64,000 bases of DNA from Chrysomallon squamiferum (Eukaryota; Animalia; Mollusca), in NCBI GenBank assembly GCA_012295275.1, contig CM022673.1:23498001-23562000 (forward strand), in the 5' to 3' direction. The notes beneath the pieces were generated by a model. That model was not told the origin of the DNA and made no database searches. It worked only from the letters and a program-made list of their open reading frames with translations. The translations under genes were made by a program, and so were the position numbers. Shown one piece after another: positions 40,184 to 53,112 of the stretch. How positions within the stretch are numbered: position 1 is the stretch's first letter; each line of letters starts with the position of its first letter.

Positions 40184-40940
40184 AAATAAATAAATAAATA
40201 AATGAATTCTTATGATAGACACCTATCAATGATTCCTTAAAAGCAATATTCTTAGCTTTCCTAGAGAAGTGAAGTGCCTAAGTTGATTGTTTCACATTCT
40301 GCCCAGGAAGATCCTTCTATCTTACCATACACCAACAATGTTTGTTCACTATAGAGTTCAGGTCAGTATTCTCCTAGGCAAAGGAAGTTTCAATTGCATT
40401 CCACTGTAGAGTACTGTTATGGCTTTATCAGAGATATATCTCAGTATGCACGTTTTACCCACATTCAATTTAGAGAAGTATGACAATTTCTAATGCAAAT
40501 ATATTTTTAGTCATTACTAATTAATAAAAGTCTTTGACTCAGTGGCATTTCCATTATATACCACATATAAATTATTAAATTGTTTTGCAATTTTCTCTTA
40601 GATGGACTCAGTTTTACCCAAGTGCAAAGATAATTTATTCTGTTAGCCTGACTTAAACTCTAAACTTAGGGTCTCCTCTATGTTTGACACATCCTAACCA
40701 AATACCATCAATGCCAAGCCATCTGCATATAAGTATGCATGTATATGTTTGTAAGCATGCATCCATCTCTTTGTCTAGCTATGTAACATTTAGGTATGGG
40801 GGAGTTTGTTGTTTTTTGGCAGCAACTGTACTGGCATCTAATAGAATTCAATTGTAGCATGAAAATTTCCCATTTAGAATTCCTGTTTTCACACAAATTG
40901 TTTATATAAGTATTATGATCTAAAATAACATCCATTATAT

Positions 40941-41258
40941 GTCTTGCATTACTTGGAACCTGCATATAATGTTATAGACAATTTGAATTATCATAGACTA
41001 ACATTACATTTAGAAATTACAATCCAAACATATTGCATGCTTATATAAATATTATCCATATCAAATGAACATACTGCATTAAGAAATTGCTGTTAACAAT
41101 AATGTGAATTTTTCACCAACAGAAATGGGTTTTAGGAACTCAGAGCAAAATTCTGTAGGATGCTATAAGTCTCTCCACGAATATAAATTTTTATTGAGAC
41201 AAATAAAAGAAAGATTACTGAATTATCTATTACCAACCCTAATACAGGTATTATAATT
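40941..41258 (+). repeat. Second copy of the 36354-36693 segment
   Basis: Direct sequence match, see above. Confidence 0.9.
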
Positions 41259-41328
41259 ATGGTATATCATAACAATTTCTAATTAAAGCAAATCATGCAA
41301 GAGTCAGACATACTGATTTGTAAATAAA

Positions 41329-41383
<55 letters not shown>

Positions 41384-41399
41384 CAATTAAAATAAATTT

Positions 41400-42250
41400 T
41401 TAAAAACCTCAGTACCACGTGGCTATTTTAGTATGCCGTTATTAATTATTTTTTTTTGTCAGGTTTGTTCGCTGATGAAATTTGAAGGGTTAGTTTTGAC
41501 ACTATAAAATACAGAAACAAATTTAATTAGCAAAACAGAATTGTCAATTTTTAAATAATAATGTTAAAAAGTAATAATAATAATAATATACAGACACTGT
41601 CGACAGAGACATTTAAAAAATGTGTAAAAGGTTCTAAACGTGACCCGGTAAAAGAATCGTCTGCATTGTCTAATGTCTATGAATTCAAGAAATATCATAT
41701 CCTTCTAAAACAACAACACAGTATATCTTGTCTTTCTTTTTGTTCTCTTTATTTTCCGTGTAAATTAAACTTTAAGCAATTTTTCGTAATTTCTTACCTC
41801 GTTGCTTTACTTTTTCTTTTCTGTTTTAACAAATAATGCAAATCATTTATTCGAATATGTCAAGTCATGCCGATTTGTCCTCGACATTGCTATCTTTGTA
41901 AATCACGCCTTTTTTGTTAGCTCTCTCAAACTAGGTTGTAATTTTCTTTTAACTTACATCCAGTTTACGTTTATGAATTCACATCATCTGTTTCTGACAG
42001 TTCTGGGCTATATCAACTGTTTTCCAGGCTGAGCGAAAAGATTATAGTACCACCATTCAAAAATATAAATGTAGTAATAAATAAATAAATAAAATAAAAG
42101 GTGTTAAAAAAGAATGAAAAGCACAAGTTGCTTTAATCTTAGAAACAATTATTTTGTTATTGTTATCTGCATTTGGCGTAATGTGATACTACATCTGGCA
42201 GTTTAAGACGGGAATAGTTGTGTTTCAGTAAATAAATAACATATGACTGA
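41400..42250 (-). promoter_or_regulatory. Probable ABCB6 promoter / non-coding first exon region
   Basis: First coding exon has an acceptor at 39181-39182, so an upstream exon is needed; this interval is locally CpG-rich against CpG-poor flanks and has strong minus-strand donors (GAG|GTAAGA at 41797, GAT|GTAAGT at 41957). Confidence 0.5.
41951..42150 (-). pseudogene. Duplicated, degenerate copy of the TEX12-like first coding exon plus upstream intron
   Basis: Aligns to 48453-48721 (cttacatccagtttacgttt..., acatcatctg.ttctga.agttctgg.cta, ttttcca.gctgagc, aagttgctttaatcttagaaacaatt); ATG changed to CTG, indels present, both splice sites kept (41958-42028). Confidence 0.85.
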
Positions 42251-43234
42251 CCTTAATGGCCTTAACACTTGCATAAAAATGTCTAACAATTCCATATCTG
42301 CATTATATTTGCCATTTATTAAGTAATTCAGTATAAAAGGAATTCATTGTCAGAACGATTGGATTACTATGATCAAATGAGGGGGGAGAAAAAATCCTTA
42401 GTTTCTTAGTTATTATTATATTATTTTATTGCATTTAAACTTGAATTCAGTCACTAATCAATAAGCACCCTATATAGTGTCTGTTACTAGGTGCATATCT
42501 ATGTGTGTATGTCTATGGGTAGTGTATAATTAATAATTTCACTTGCTCAACTGTGGCACGTGACATGTCACTGAACTATGTGTGGCCAACTTAATTCTGT
42601 AAATGAGAGAACCTTTGTTAAAAGTTTTGAATCCCAACACTGGCTGTATCCTTGAATTTGAAGAAAAAAAGATGTGCTTTGGCATAAACATTTTGTTTTA
42701 TATTCAAAATTATGAAAATAACTGAGTTATGATTACTTTAAGTCTAATACTATCATCAGATTCATTGTTTTATTCAATCTGTAATTTTTTAGTCATTAAG
42801 TTCCAGTCAACTTGTACCTCAATGCTGTTACTAGGAATTAACCCAATCAGACCATGTGCAAAACTGTTTTGTAAATGTTGGTGCCACTTGCATATTTTTT
42901 CATATAAAGATGCATATTAAAGTTACGTTAGTGTTAATGTAACAGAGAAAAAATAGGTTAAACAATTGCTGGTTAATATAACAGTAAGCAACACACAGTG
43001 TGGTCCACTCTTTACAGTGTCTTTATTAGTAATTCCTGCCCAAGTCCACTTCATTCTGTTAACATGACAGGGAGCAATCATATAATATTTTCTCTACATG
43101 TCAGAAACCCTTAAAGTGCCCACTCATAGCCCTGTAGGGATTCTTGTACAAATTTACATATGTATAAAATTTCATGGGAATCTGAATCAGTGTCAAAATG
43201 AGATAAAATGATAAGGAATAAGTCTGTTGTTAAT

Positions 43235-43817
43235 GGATACAGAATACTGCACTGGAAAAACTGGCACCTGGAAGAAATGGCGATGTGCTGATTTTGAAAA
43301 AATGGCACCTGAAAAATATTTTCTATTGCTTATTGATATTTAGTTATTGGTAGTAGGTGAAGTCCTGCTTACAAAAACAATTCATTATTGCACATAAAAA
43401 GCACATAAAAAACCAGTGCGTGAATAATATTTGGGATGATGATTTAATGTCACAAATAATATACACCACAGCTAATATCATCTTTAGCAATTGTTGACAA
43501 TTCATAATTAAATGATCAGTCAAAACAAATGTAAACCAAAATCAACCCTCACATATATGTATGTATATTATATATATATTTGTATGTGTGGTGTATATGT
43601 ATGTGTACATGTGTAATTATTAAACTCTGATATAATGCTGTACTTTGTTAATCAAAACCAAGTGGATGAGTGATGCTATATATTAATATATACGTATGTA
43701 ACAATATTGCACAAATAAACTATTTTCAAAAGAACTTTTAAAGCAAGTATAGAGAAAAAATAAATAAGGTGCCGTTTTTTCCAGGGTCTTTTTTCTGATG
43801 CCATTTTTTCCTACACC
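43235..43817. mobile_element. Mutator-like (MULE) non-autonomous element
   Basis: 10-bp TSD tgttgttaat at 43225-43234 and 43818-43827; subterminal aaaaatggcacc / ggtgccgttttt repeats; GG...CC ends. Confidence 0.75.
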
Positions 43818-44811
43818 TGTTGTTAATATACATGTTCTATTCAGTGCTCAATTTAGAACATCAAACACTTTTCAATAGACAAAATAATAACATGATAACA
43901 TTTTTTAACAGGAACAATTTTTATTTTCATAATATAATGCATACTGAAGGGTGATTTTTTTCTTTTAATTGAAATTTGAAAAATCGTCTTAAAAATTTGA
44001 AATTTTAAGAAACTAGTGAACAAATGTATCATTTTTAACTTTTCACTTTTTCTCTCTTTGTATATTATATTTTTATTTATTTACCTTTATTTTTAATTAA
44101 TTTATTTATTTTATTATCATTTATTTTTTAACAAAATTATGAAATTGAAGAGACATTTTGGGGATTGGCTTAGTGTAAAAAATAAATGTAGAAATGGTTA
44201 ACAATGATTAATTAATTCTGATTATGTTAATGTGTTTTAATATATTAGATTCTGATCTGAGATAAATGAGTGAAATAAAAAGCCTTTTACAGCATTTATT
44301 TCTTTATGTTCATAAAACTGACAACAGTTTCTTTGATTGTTTATAATGGCTTCAAGTGCTGAATCCTCAGTTTGGTACTGTTAATTTTTTTTTTTTTTAT
44401 CTTATTAGTAAACTTTAATAACCATATAAAATTTCTGCAAGAGACAATTTGATGTTTCACAGATCAATTGTGTCATAATAATGTAATAATACTAATAACA
44501 AAACCTATTTTTCTTTGGATATGTATTTATAATTTAACATTTTCTGTTTCAGTTAAATCCCATAACAAAATTTACTTAAAGTTTAGACATCAGCCTTTGA
44601 TTTTGTGTCAAACTGATCTAGTTTCATTCCAGAAGACCTTGTGTTTAGATTTACTCAGTTTCACAATAGTAGAAAATATTTTAATAACTTTCTTTCATTT
44701 CACAAAGGTGATTTTCAACTACTGTATTATGATTAATTTCTTGTCCCAGTGTTAATATGCAACAATTCTTGTTCTTTTAGCATAGAAATACTTTTTAAAC
44801 AACTGTAATAT

Positions 44812-45130
44812 ACATGTTGAAAAAAAGTACTTTGTGTAAATCAATCAACATTTCACATAAACAATGAAATTTTGTAATAATAAACAATCAATGTTAAAAA
44901 AATACTTTGTGTAGATTAATCAACATTTCACATAAACAATGAACATGTTTTGTAACAATAAACATTCAAACCTTGAAAAAATACTTTTGTGTGTAGGTAA
45001 ATCAACATTTCACATAAACAATGAACATGTTTTGTAGTAATAAGCATTCAGTAATGAAAAAAGTACTTTGTGTAGATTAATCAACAATATTTCACAGAAA
45101 CAGTGAACATATGCTTCATAATAATAAAGT
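44812..45130. repeat. ~76-bp tandem repeat (~4 copies) downstream of TEX12-like
   Basis: aaaaa(g)tactttgtgtag..aatcaacatttcacataaacaatgaa...taataaaca repeated. Confidence 0.88.
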
Positions 45131-45544
45131 GTCAAAAAAATAAATAAATAATTATTATTTCAGAATTGTTTTATGAACTAACAAAAGCAATAATTTCTAT
45201 CGACAGACAAGTCTTGATCAATCAACACAAGTGTTTATATTTTAACTGTTTTTATCTATATCTACATGTTTGTATTTCTAATTATATTTGAATCTCTTGT
45301 GACGTTTACAATTTATTACACTGCAGAAGTGTTTTCAATGACATCTGTACAAGTACTGTGATTATTCCTGTATTTATATATGAGCTTGTGAATATCTCTA
45401 TAGAGATTTCAAAATATTTTTAAATGTATCTTAAAAATGTGATTAGTTACATTTGTAGAGATCATTGTATTTAAAGTCTATTATTTTGTTCATATAAATT
45501 ATGTTGCTTGTTTAAAATTTATATGATGAGCCACCATAATATTT

Positions 45545-48540
45545 TCATATATTTTGAAGGGTATGTGATATAACACGAAGTCTTTGCCTTAGAACTTCCT
45601 TTTGTTTAAGATAAATCTGTTCAAGATCCTGGGCATGTGCAATCAGTTGATCCAGACGCTTCATACAAAACATTTCATAGTTTTCACTTTGGCTAAAATG
45701 TACAAAAAAGAAGGTAAGCAAGTAAAACATTGACAAACAGGTTTTCACTCTCTCTATTTCATTTTTTTTCTATAGATATCTCTGCCATTCTTGCTTTCTC
45801 CATTTATCTCCTCTCTTCAACATCTGTCATTTAAACAAACAAAAATGTTACCAGTAACATAACTTACACAAAAGAGTCGGAGAACTGCAGTGCAGCAGTC
45901 TTGGCTTCTTTAGACAACTCTATAAAAAAATGAAAATATATAAAATAGTTAAAACCTTTAATATTTATGGGAAAGCATACTATACCTAAATTCTTATTCT
46001 TATCAGGCTGCTTAGCAACCCAGTATACTTACACACTTGTATTATTAAAATAGGTTTGAGTTTGTGTGGGAAAACAGTTTCAGTATGCCTAAACTCTTGT
46101 AATAATAGGTTATAGGCATCTTGGTACTCACTGAAACAAATAATAACAACAGATTCTGGATAATGAAAAATATAATGTCATTTTTGGATGTTTTTCTAAA
46201 TCAGTTTATTAGAATGCAGCAGTCTACAATGAGTAGAATTCTTAAATTCAAACAAATTAAACACAACTGTTTCTAAATATTCCTTTGTACCATAATTTTG
46301 ATTAGATAATAAAAAGAAAATTAGATGTCTGTTCATTATCACTGTAGAACAGTCATGGGCAAGCTGTAGCCCAGGAGACTTTCTGAATAGCAACCTAATT
46401 TCACAAAGAAAATATTTTTTAATAGAGCAGCCCATCTGATGATGAGCCATATTATCATGCAGGCTATTTCTTGAAAGAGGTTGCCCGTGCCTGCTGTAGA
46501 ATGTTCAATGGAACTGAAAACAATTTCAACTAATTTTTGTTGAAAACAAAGAAAATTTCTTGTTGTATTTAATAGTAAAATGAATTACAGTTACTTCAAG
46601 TATTTTACCTTTAAAAAGATCTGCCATTGTTGTTTCACTAAGTGGTTTGTTTTCTTTTTCTGTGGTTTCCAAATTAATCAATTCCATTGTTTTGGTCTTG
46701 CTAAGTATATCTTCTTCAGTGTCAGTATATTGACAGTGCTGAGTTTTATCCTTGGAATAGCTATGATGTTCAGTGAATTTACAGTTTGGTTCATATCTGG
46801 TGGGAATTTCATTTTCCAGATATTTCCTTTGTCCACCACTATCCACCTCTTCAACATCACGTTCTGTCTCATCTTTATTTGACATGTTCTGATCGAGAAC
46901 ACTTTCGCTGTCATCAGAATCTCTTTTGGCAGCTGATTCTTTGTCTACATCTAACATGTAAATTAATTATTGTGAACATTCAAACAATTAATCTGAGTAA
47001 TTATGCAATGGTTTATATACACTGAAACAAGTCAAGTGAGTAATTACATCATAACTCATACACACTGAAACAAGTCAACCAAATAATTATTTATGGTTTA
47101 CAAACATGACAATTCAGTAACTGTGTAATGGTTTGTATAAATTGATAAAAGACAATGGTTTAAATATACTGAAACAAGTGAACTGTATAATTATGTTATG
47201 GTTTATAAACACTGGAATAAGTAAACTGAATAACTACATAAATTATTAAACTGATTTACATATACTAAAGCAAGTACAGTGAGTTATCATGTAATGTTTT
47301 ATAAATTTAAATAACAAATCAAGACACTAATTACTGTAGACTGGTGATAAAGTTATGTGTGACATTTTAAGCATTATACAATATATAAATATATCCTGAA
47401 ATGAATACAGACATGAATGGGAAATTATTTATTATTAGAATATTAAACAGAATCAAAACAGTACAATTTTTGTTTTATCCATTGTTGTTATTTTTATTTT
47501 TTATTTTTTTTCTTGCACAGAGAATGCTGTAAAAATAATTATCAAAATCAATTAAGTATAAATTCAGATGATTATTTTTACCCTCCATATCTTTGGTAGC
47601 GTTAAAATCCATTTCGTCCATTTCAATATGAAAAGATGGAAGTCCATATTGCAAGGATGTTTTAGGTATATCTGGAGTGGCTGGTTGCACAAATCCATCT
47701 TTCTGCAATTGAATTATTTTTATTTTATTTTATTTTATTTATTATTTTATTATTATTATTTTCTTCTTCTTTTTTCATTTGTTTTTTTCTTTGATTTTTT
47801 TTCTTTTTTTTCATATTCTGTATTATTAAACTAGCTTTAGACTAGGGTTTATCAAAGTGATGAGTATGAGTTTCCTAGAGTTTAGTGGGAAACAATATTA
47901 AGTATGTTCCAGAACTAAAAGAAGTAAGGGTCAATGAAACATTCAAAATACTAGCAAATAAAAGATCTGTGATAAAGTCCATTATGTTGTTCCAGAAAAC
48001 AATACCAGTATGTGATCTATGTTGATAATGTTAGAAAACTAGATTAACACAAAATCTGTGTTAATATTCTGACTTTGTAGTAGAAAACTATTATGTATCA
48101 GTGCAAGATCAGACAATGCAGTTTTTCACATTACTGAACATCATGAAATCACAGAATTAAATAAATAAATTACTGAATCATCAGTTATACTTTACAAAAA
48201 ACAGTTATACAAATAAACAAATCACATGAATACAATTTTGATGGCAACATTACCATGAAAATCAATTAACAGTATTACAATTTATTGCAGATCATGTATT
48301 AATTTGATTGTAACATGAATAAAACTGAAGTATTAAATTGTCACAGATATATCAATAACTGTAATAAATATTCTGTTAAATTGATCATTTGCATAATAAA
48401 ATGCAACACAAGTTAAATTAACTGAGTTATTACATGTTCTTTACAAAGATTTATCTTACATCCAGTTTACGTTTGTGGGTTGACATTCTGTTTACATCAT
48501 CTGATTCTGAAAGTTCTGGACTATTATCACGGTTTTCCAT
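45545..48540 (-). CDS. TEX12: TEX12-like synaptonemal complex central element protein with extended acidic N-terminus, ~247 aa
   Basis: Exons 48540-48460, 47702-47582, 46950-46609, 45919-45868, 45692-45545 in phase (744 nt). C-terminus FKELSKEAKTAALQFSDSFVQSENYEMFCMKRLDQLIAHAQDLEQIYLKQKEVLRQRLRVISHTLQNI aligns without gaps to my recollection of vertebrate TEX12 (..DVSKEINLML...[35 protein letters not shown]). Confidence 0.78.
46975..47300. repeat. Degenerate ~45-bp minisatellite next to a TEX12-like acceptor
   Basis: Recurrent actgaaacaagt.aa.tga.taatta...atggttta.a motif. Confidence 0.7.
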
Positions 48541-48799
48541 GCTGAGCAAAAATATTAAAATATCATCATTACTTAAAAATAAATTTAGAAATAAACAAAT
48601 TAACAAAACAAAAATTACACCATTAATGTTCAATAAAACATAAATAAATAATAATAATACAAAAATAAAAGATGCTACAGAAGAAAAGAAAAGCAAAGTT
48701 GCTTTAATCTTAGAAACAATTCTTATCAGTAATTTGGGGTATCAGTTGCCAGTAAAAATCATATATGGAAAATGGAAGAGCTATAATGACCTATACATA

Positions 48800-49102
48800 T
48801 TGCCGGATCTTGGTTTGTGGGCCCCAGAGCTTATTAGATTTTTGGAGGCCCCTTATTTAGGTAGACATACTATATAATGCATAACCAAAACAATGTTCTT
48901 TAAAAACATATAGGAGCATGACAAATGCATTGACAAATGTTTGATGAATTCATGAACATGTTTTTCACTACTGTGGCATGCTAAAGAGAAACACTGTATA
49001 TCATTTTGATAAATATACTTTATTAAATTTATTTAATTAACAACTCTTTCATTTTAATTCTTATTGTTGGCCCATGTAGCCTATTGGGATAAGGTGGCCT
49101 AG
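48800..49102. mobile_element. Possible decayed hAT-type MITE
   Basis: GC-rich ends gccggatc..gggcccc..ggaggcccc and ggcccatgtagcctattgggataaggtggcct resemble common MITE termini; TSD not found. Confidence 0.35.
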
Positions 49103-50639
49103 CCTGTATATGAGGTTTAGACAGCTGTAATGACACCATACATGATGATTAAACAGCTATACTGGCCCATACATGAAGACTGGAACACTAAGAAAAAAAA
49201 CAGAAACAAAGAATAGAATCACTTAAATAAGCTGTATTGATATGAATATCTACAACAAAGTAAGCAAATAATAAATTTCAGTTATTTTCTATACATATAT
49301 ATCAGTGTGTATCTGTGTTTTCACATAATATTGACCATGTACACAAAAGAAAAAAGTTTCTAAAATTATGCCAAACAACTTGTCTGGAAAGCAATCTAAC
49401 TGAAATGAGATCTGAAATGAACATAATAAACTGAAGATCTGAAATGTTTTAATAAACAAAAATATTAAACAGCTATAATAACCAAGACCGAAACTCAAAT
49501 AACAACATTTAAACACTACTAACAGTGATATATATATATATATACACACACACATATATCTATATATATATATATACATCTATCTATCTATCTATCTGTC
49601 TATATATATATATAGTCCTTCTGTGTTCAAAATACTATAGTAACCCATTATTCTCTTTAAAGGATGTTTTTCAAGTTTTATCACTTGTAAAGTTTCAACC
49701 ATATAATAACCATACATTTTAAAGATATCCTCAAAATTAACACTTCCTTTTGTTTACTTTGACCATATTTTTTTAATAATTATTCTTTATCAAGCTTAGC
49801 AAAAACTATAGGATTAATTCATTATGATTTTATTTTTTAACATAACTAATTCACTGAAATTATTATAAGTACTGGGTTATTTGATATTATATTTGTATCT
49901 TTATTTGTTACATTTTATTGTTGTTTATTAATGTTTATAAGAAGAAAATTGTTTTTTTCGTGTGTAATTATTAAAAAACATTGTAGTTTAATTCAAAAAT
50001 GGCATGTCTACCATCCACAAGGAATGTTGCCCTAAGGATGTCAAATGTCAAAACTCTTCTTTAAATATGTATAAACAAACATTTATTGGTTTTTAATTTA
50101 AAAATTCCTTGAAATTAAAATGTAGGTTTTATGTTTTATAATTTAAAAAGATTTCAATATTCTACTAAGAGGAAATTGCACAACTTACGATTCAAATAGA
50201 AAAGGTACTGCTTCCTCATTACCAGTTTGAAATAACATGGTATGTAACAACAACAAAAATACCTAAAACCAGAGAATGTTTTGTTACAATAGTGGTGTAA
50301 TGGGAAGAATAATAACATTTATTTTATAATCATTGTTTTATTCTTTGCAAAAGAAATGAGATAAGCTGAAGATAAAATATTTTACAAAAATCACGTTTTC
50401 TGTTTAATTATTTAAAAAATATTCATTGTTTCAAAGAACATGTATTAAAATAATAATAATAATAATAATAAATGTTGAGTTTGAATCGTTCTTTTTTCTA
50501 TTACCGTGTGCGTGTATGTCTGTGTACATAGATATATATTATTTATTTATTTCTATGCATAGTGAAATGGAACCATTTTGCTTCTGTTTTAATCAATGTA
50601 AGTTATGAATTGAATTTATTTTGTTTTCATATGAAGAAA

Positions 50640-50686
<47 letters not shown>

Positions 50687-52180
50687 TGAACTGATAGGGC
50701 GCAAATTACTGAGTAAAGCGAGGCATCCACAAATGACTCATTCTATAATTAAAATTAAGACACACGAATTCAGGCATTAACGAATTCCAGTGTAATAAAA
50801 ATATAAATATAAACAATACTTGATAAGTTGGCTAATTAAATGACTTGGCTAATTTATTTGCTATTTAACTAATAATTTAAAAAAAAAGATACTGTATTTA
50901 GTTTGCTATAAATATATTTCGATTTGGTACAGAGAATTACCTAAAAATCGTTTATCTTGTCACTTCGTAAAACTCGAGCAGACGACATTGGTTTGTCCGG
51001 TAGCAGATCAAAAAGTAAAAATAGTATTTATTTTGTCTTTCGGTATTGCTGCTTTACTATTATTTTGCATTACCGCTGGTCGATAGATACATAAGGATGA
51101 ATATGTTAAAACAAATAAGGATTCCTGAAATAATATTACAAAAATAATATTATAATTGGCAGCGTCAAGAGCGTGGTTGCTGTTTTTAATGAACTATAAT
51201 GTAAAGTGACAGATACTTGTTTGGTACAACTATATGCTTGTTATTTTATCAACTTTTCAGATAAGTGATTCTAAAAGAAAGCATTTTTTTAAGTTCGTAA
51301 GACTGGGTCGCAGGACTGGAACTACCATTTAAATAAAGTACGTGCTCGGAATATAATAAAGAAAAATAAAATAATAAATAAATAAACAAGAGCCCAAACG
51401 TCACATTTTCTCCTTTTGTTTAACCTGTTACCGGATTTGAGAACGATCAGACTGCAGTTTTAGAAAAAAAAAGTATATGTAAGTGGACGAGAACAAGCAT
51501 ATATTATTATTGCTTCAAAATAAATAAATAAAACCAAAAAGTTTATCTAAAAACGATGTTATTTCTATCTGTCATTTTGCCGTAAACAGAGAAAACCAAG
51601 AATTTTTTTTTGAAAATGTAGATGTCGTCCCTTACTGGGCAAAATTCAAGGAGAATACTAAGAAAAAGATGAGACTGAAATCAAATAAGCGTTCGTATTT
51701 TCACGATCAGAAAAGAAAGTAAAACAGAAGAGGAAATTGAGATACAAAAGGTTATGTGATAGATGTTCCAGAAAATATTTTCATGGACGATTGCTCGCAT
51801 TCGTCAGTATAATTAAATATACAGCAGAAGGAATAAAGACATTCCTGTCAAGCGGTTCACTAAGAATACAGCTGCATGACTTCCGTCGACGACGATGTCT
51901 TTAAGAACTTGTATCAATAAATATTCTGTATATTATTTTAAATTCAATTTATTCAAAATTAATAATACATCATTATCATTGATAAAGTTATTATAATTTC
52001 ATATTAATTTTACAGTATTAAACAGATATTTCTGATTTTAAGGTCAGTTAACTTTGAACTCTAGACTTGTTTCCTTGCCTCGCAACTGGTTCGCTACCGC
52101 TACAAAAGAGACACCTGGAATAAGGCAAGAGAACCATGCTACTTTCAGCTCATGAATGTATGTTTGAAATAAATGTATAT

Positions 52181-52308
52181 TTCTGCTGATTTTTCAGATG
52201 TATCACTCTCTGGAGGATCACTTTCTGAAACAGCAAATTAACTCAATTAAACTGATCTCTGATTTTATAACTGATCTGAAACGACTTGGATTAGACATGG
52301 GAGAGTAT
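52181..52308 (+). pseudogene. Degenerate copy of ferritin exon 4 with its acceptor
   Basis: tgctgatttttcag|ATGTATCACTCTCTGGAGGATCACTTTCTGAAACAGCAA...TCAATTAAACTGATCTCTGA...CATGGGAGAGTAT parallels the ferritin exon-4 acceptor and coding start from ~54091; a 1-nt insertion creates a stop. Confidence 0.9.
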
Positions 52309-52319
52309 AAAAGTGCATT

Positions 52320-52540
52320 AAGGATTATTTGGCCCGAAAAACATATGGATAAGTGAGAAAACAAATGTCAAATTATGTGATTAAACAGATAATAAAACGG
52401 AAGTGGACGTGGGCAGGACACATCAGTAGAATACAAGATAACCGATGGATATTGCACATGACCACTTGGAACCCGTATGACGGAAAACTGGCAGAGGATA
52501 CAGCTAGACTGGAAGATGTGGGAACACCATGTTGAGGCTT
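52320..52540 (+). mobile_element. RTE-clade LINE ORF2 3' fragment
   Basis: IKRKWTWAGHISRIQDNRW...WNPYDGK matches the RW.WAGH motif typical of RTE-like LINE ORF2 C-termini. Confidence 0.75.
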
Positions 52541-52947
52541 TCGTTCAACAACGGGACTCAGTGATGACGATGAAATTAAACAAAAATGTGAAACCAAACC
52601 AGCAAAATTGACAGGTTGTTTACCTCAACAACCACGCAGGGGAACTAAACCGAATGTTATTTGTGTAAAGTGTATTATTTCATATGGAAAAATAATTTTT
52701 ATATTGAAGCTTGGTGTCATCTAGCCGATAAAAATAAATAAATAAATAAAAATATGAATATAAAATAAAGCAAAATAAAAACAAATTATTTACGACATGA
52801 TCAGACAGGTTAATTTCAAGTTTAAAAAAAAAAAAAAAAAAAAAACATTTTAAGGACCTGTTTTAACATCTTATTATATATATATTTTTTATCAGTGGTA
52901 ATGTAACTACGCATATTTCACCGTTTTCTGTTGGTGATGATACTTTA

Positions 52948-53016
52948 CTGTACCAATTATCATTAGGTACGAATTAAATAGTTCGTAAACCATTGGTCTG
53001 TTTATATCATTGGTCA
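52948..53016 (+). promoter_or_regulatory. CCAAT boxes upstream of ferritin
   Basis: CCAAT at ~52953 and two inverted ATTGG (cattggtc) at ~52992 and ~53009, 100-160 nt before the ATG. Confidence 0.4.
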
Positions 53017-53112
53017 AACCCAGTAAACAGAATAAATTAAATCAGGTTAGAGTAATCTGCCCTTAACTTGTGGCCTACTTATTGTGCGAAAAGATTCATA
53101 GCTGGTGTAAAT

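Noticed and set aside
52891-52905. CAGTGG as a possible ferritin IRE loop
   Set aside because: Flanks (tttat / taatg) cannot form the 5-bp upper stem and there is no bulged C.
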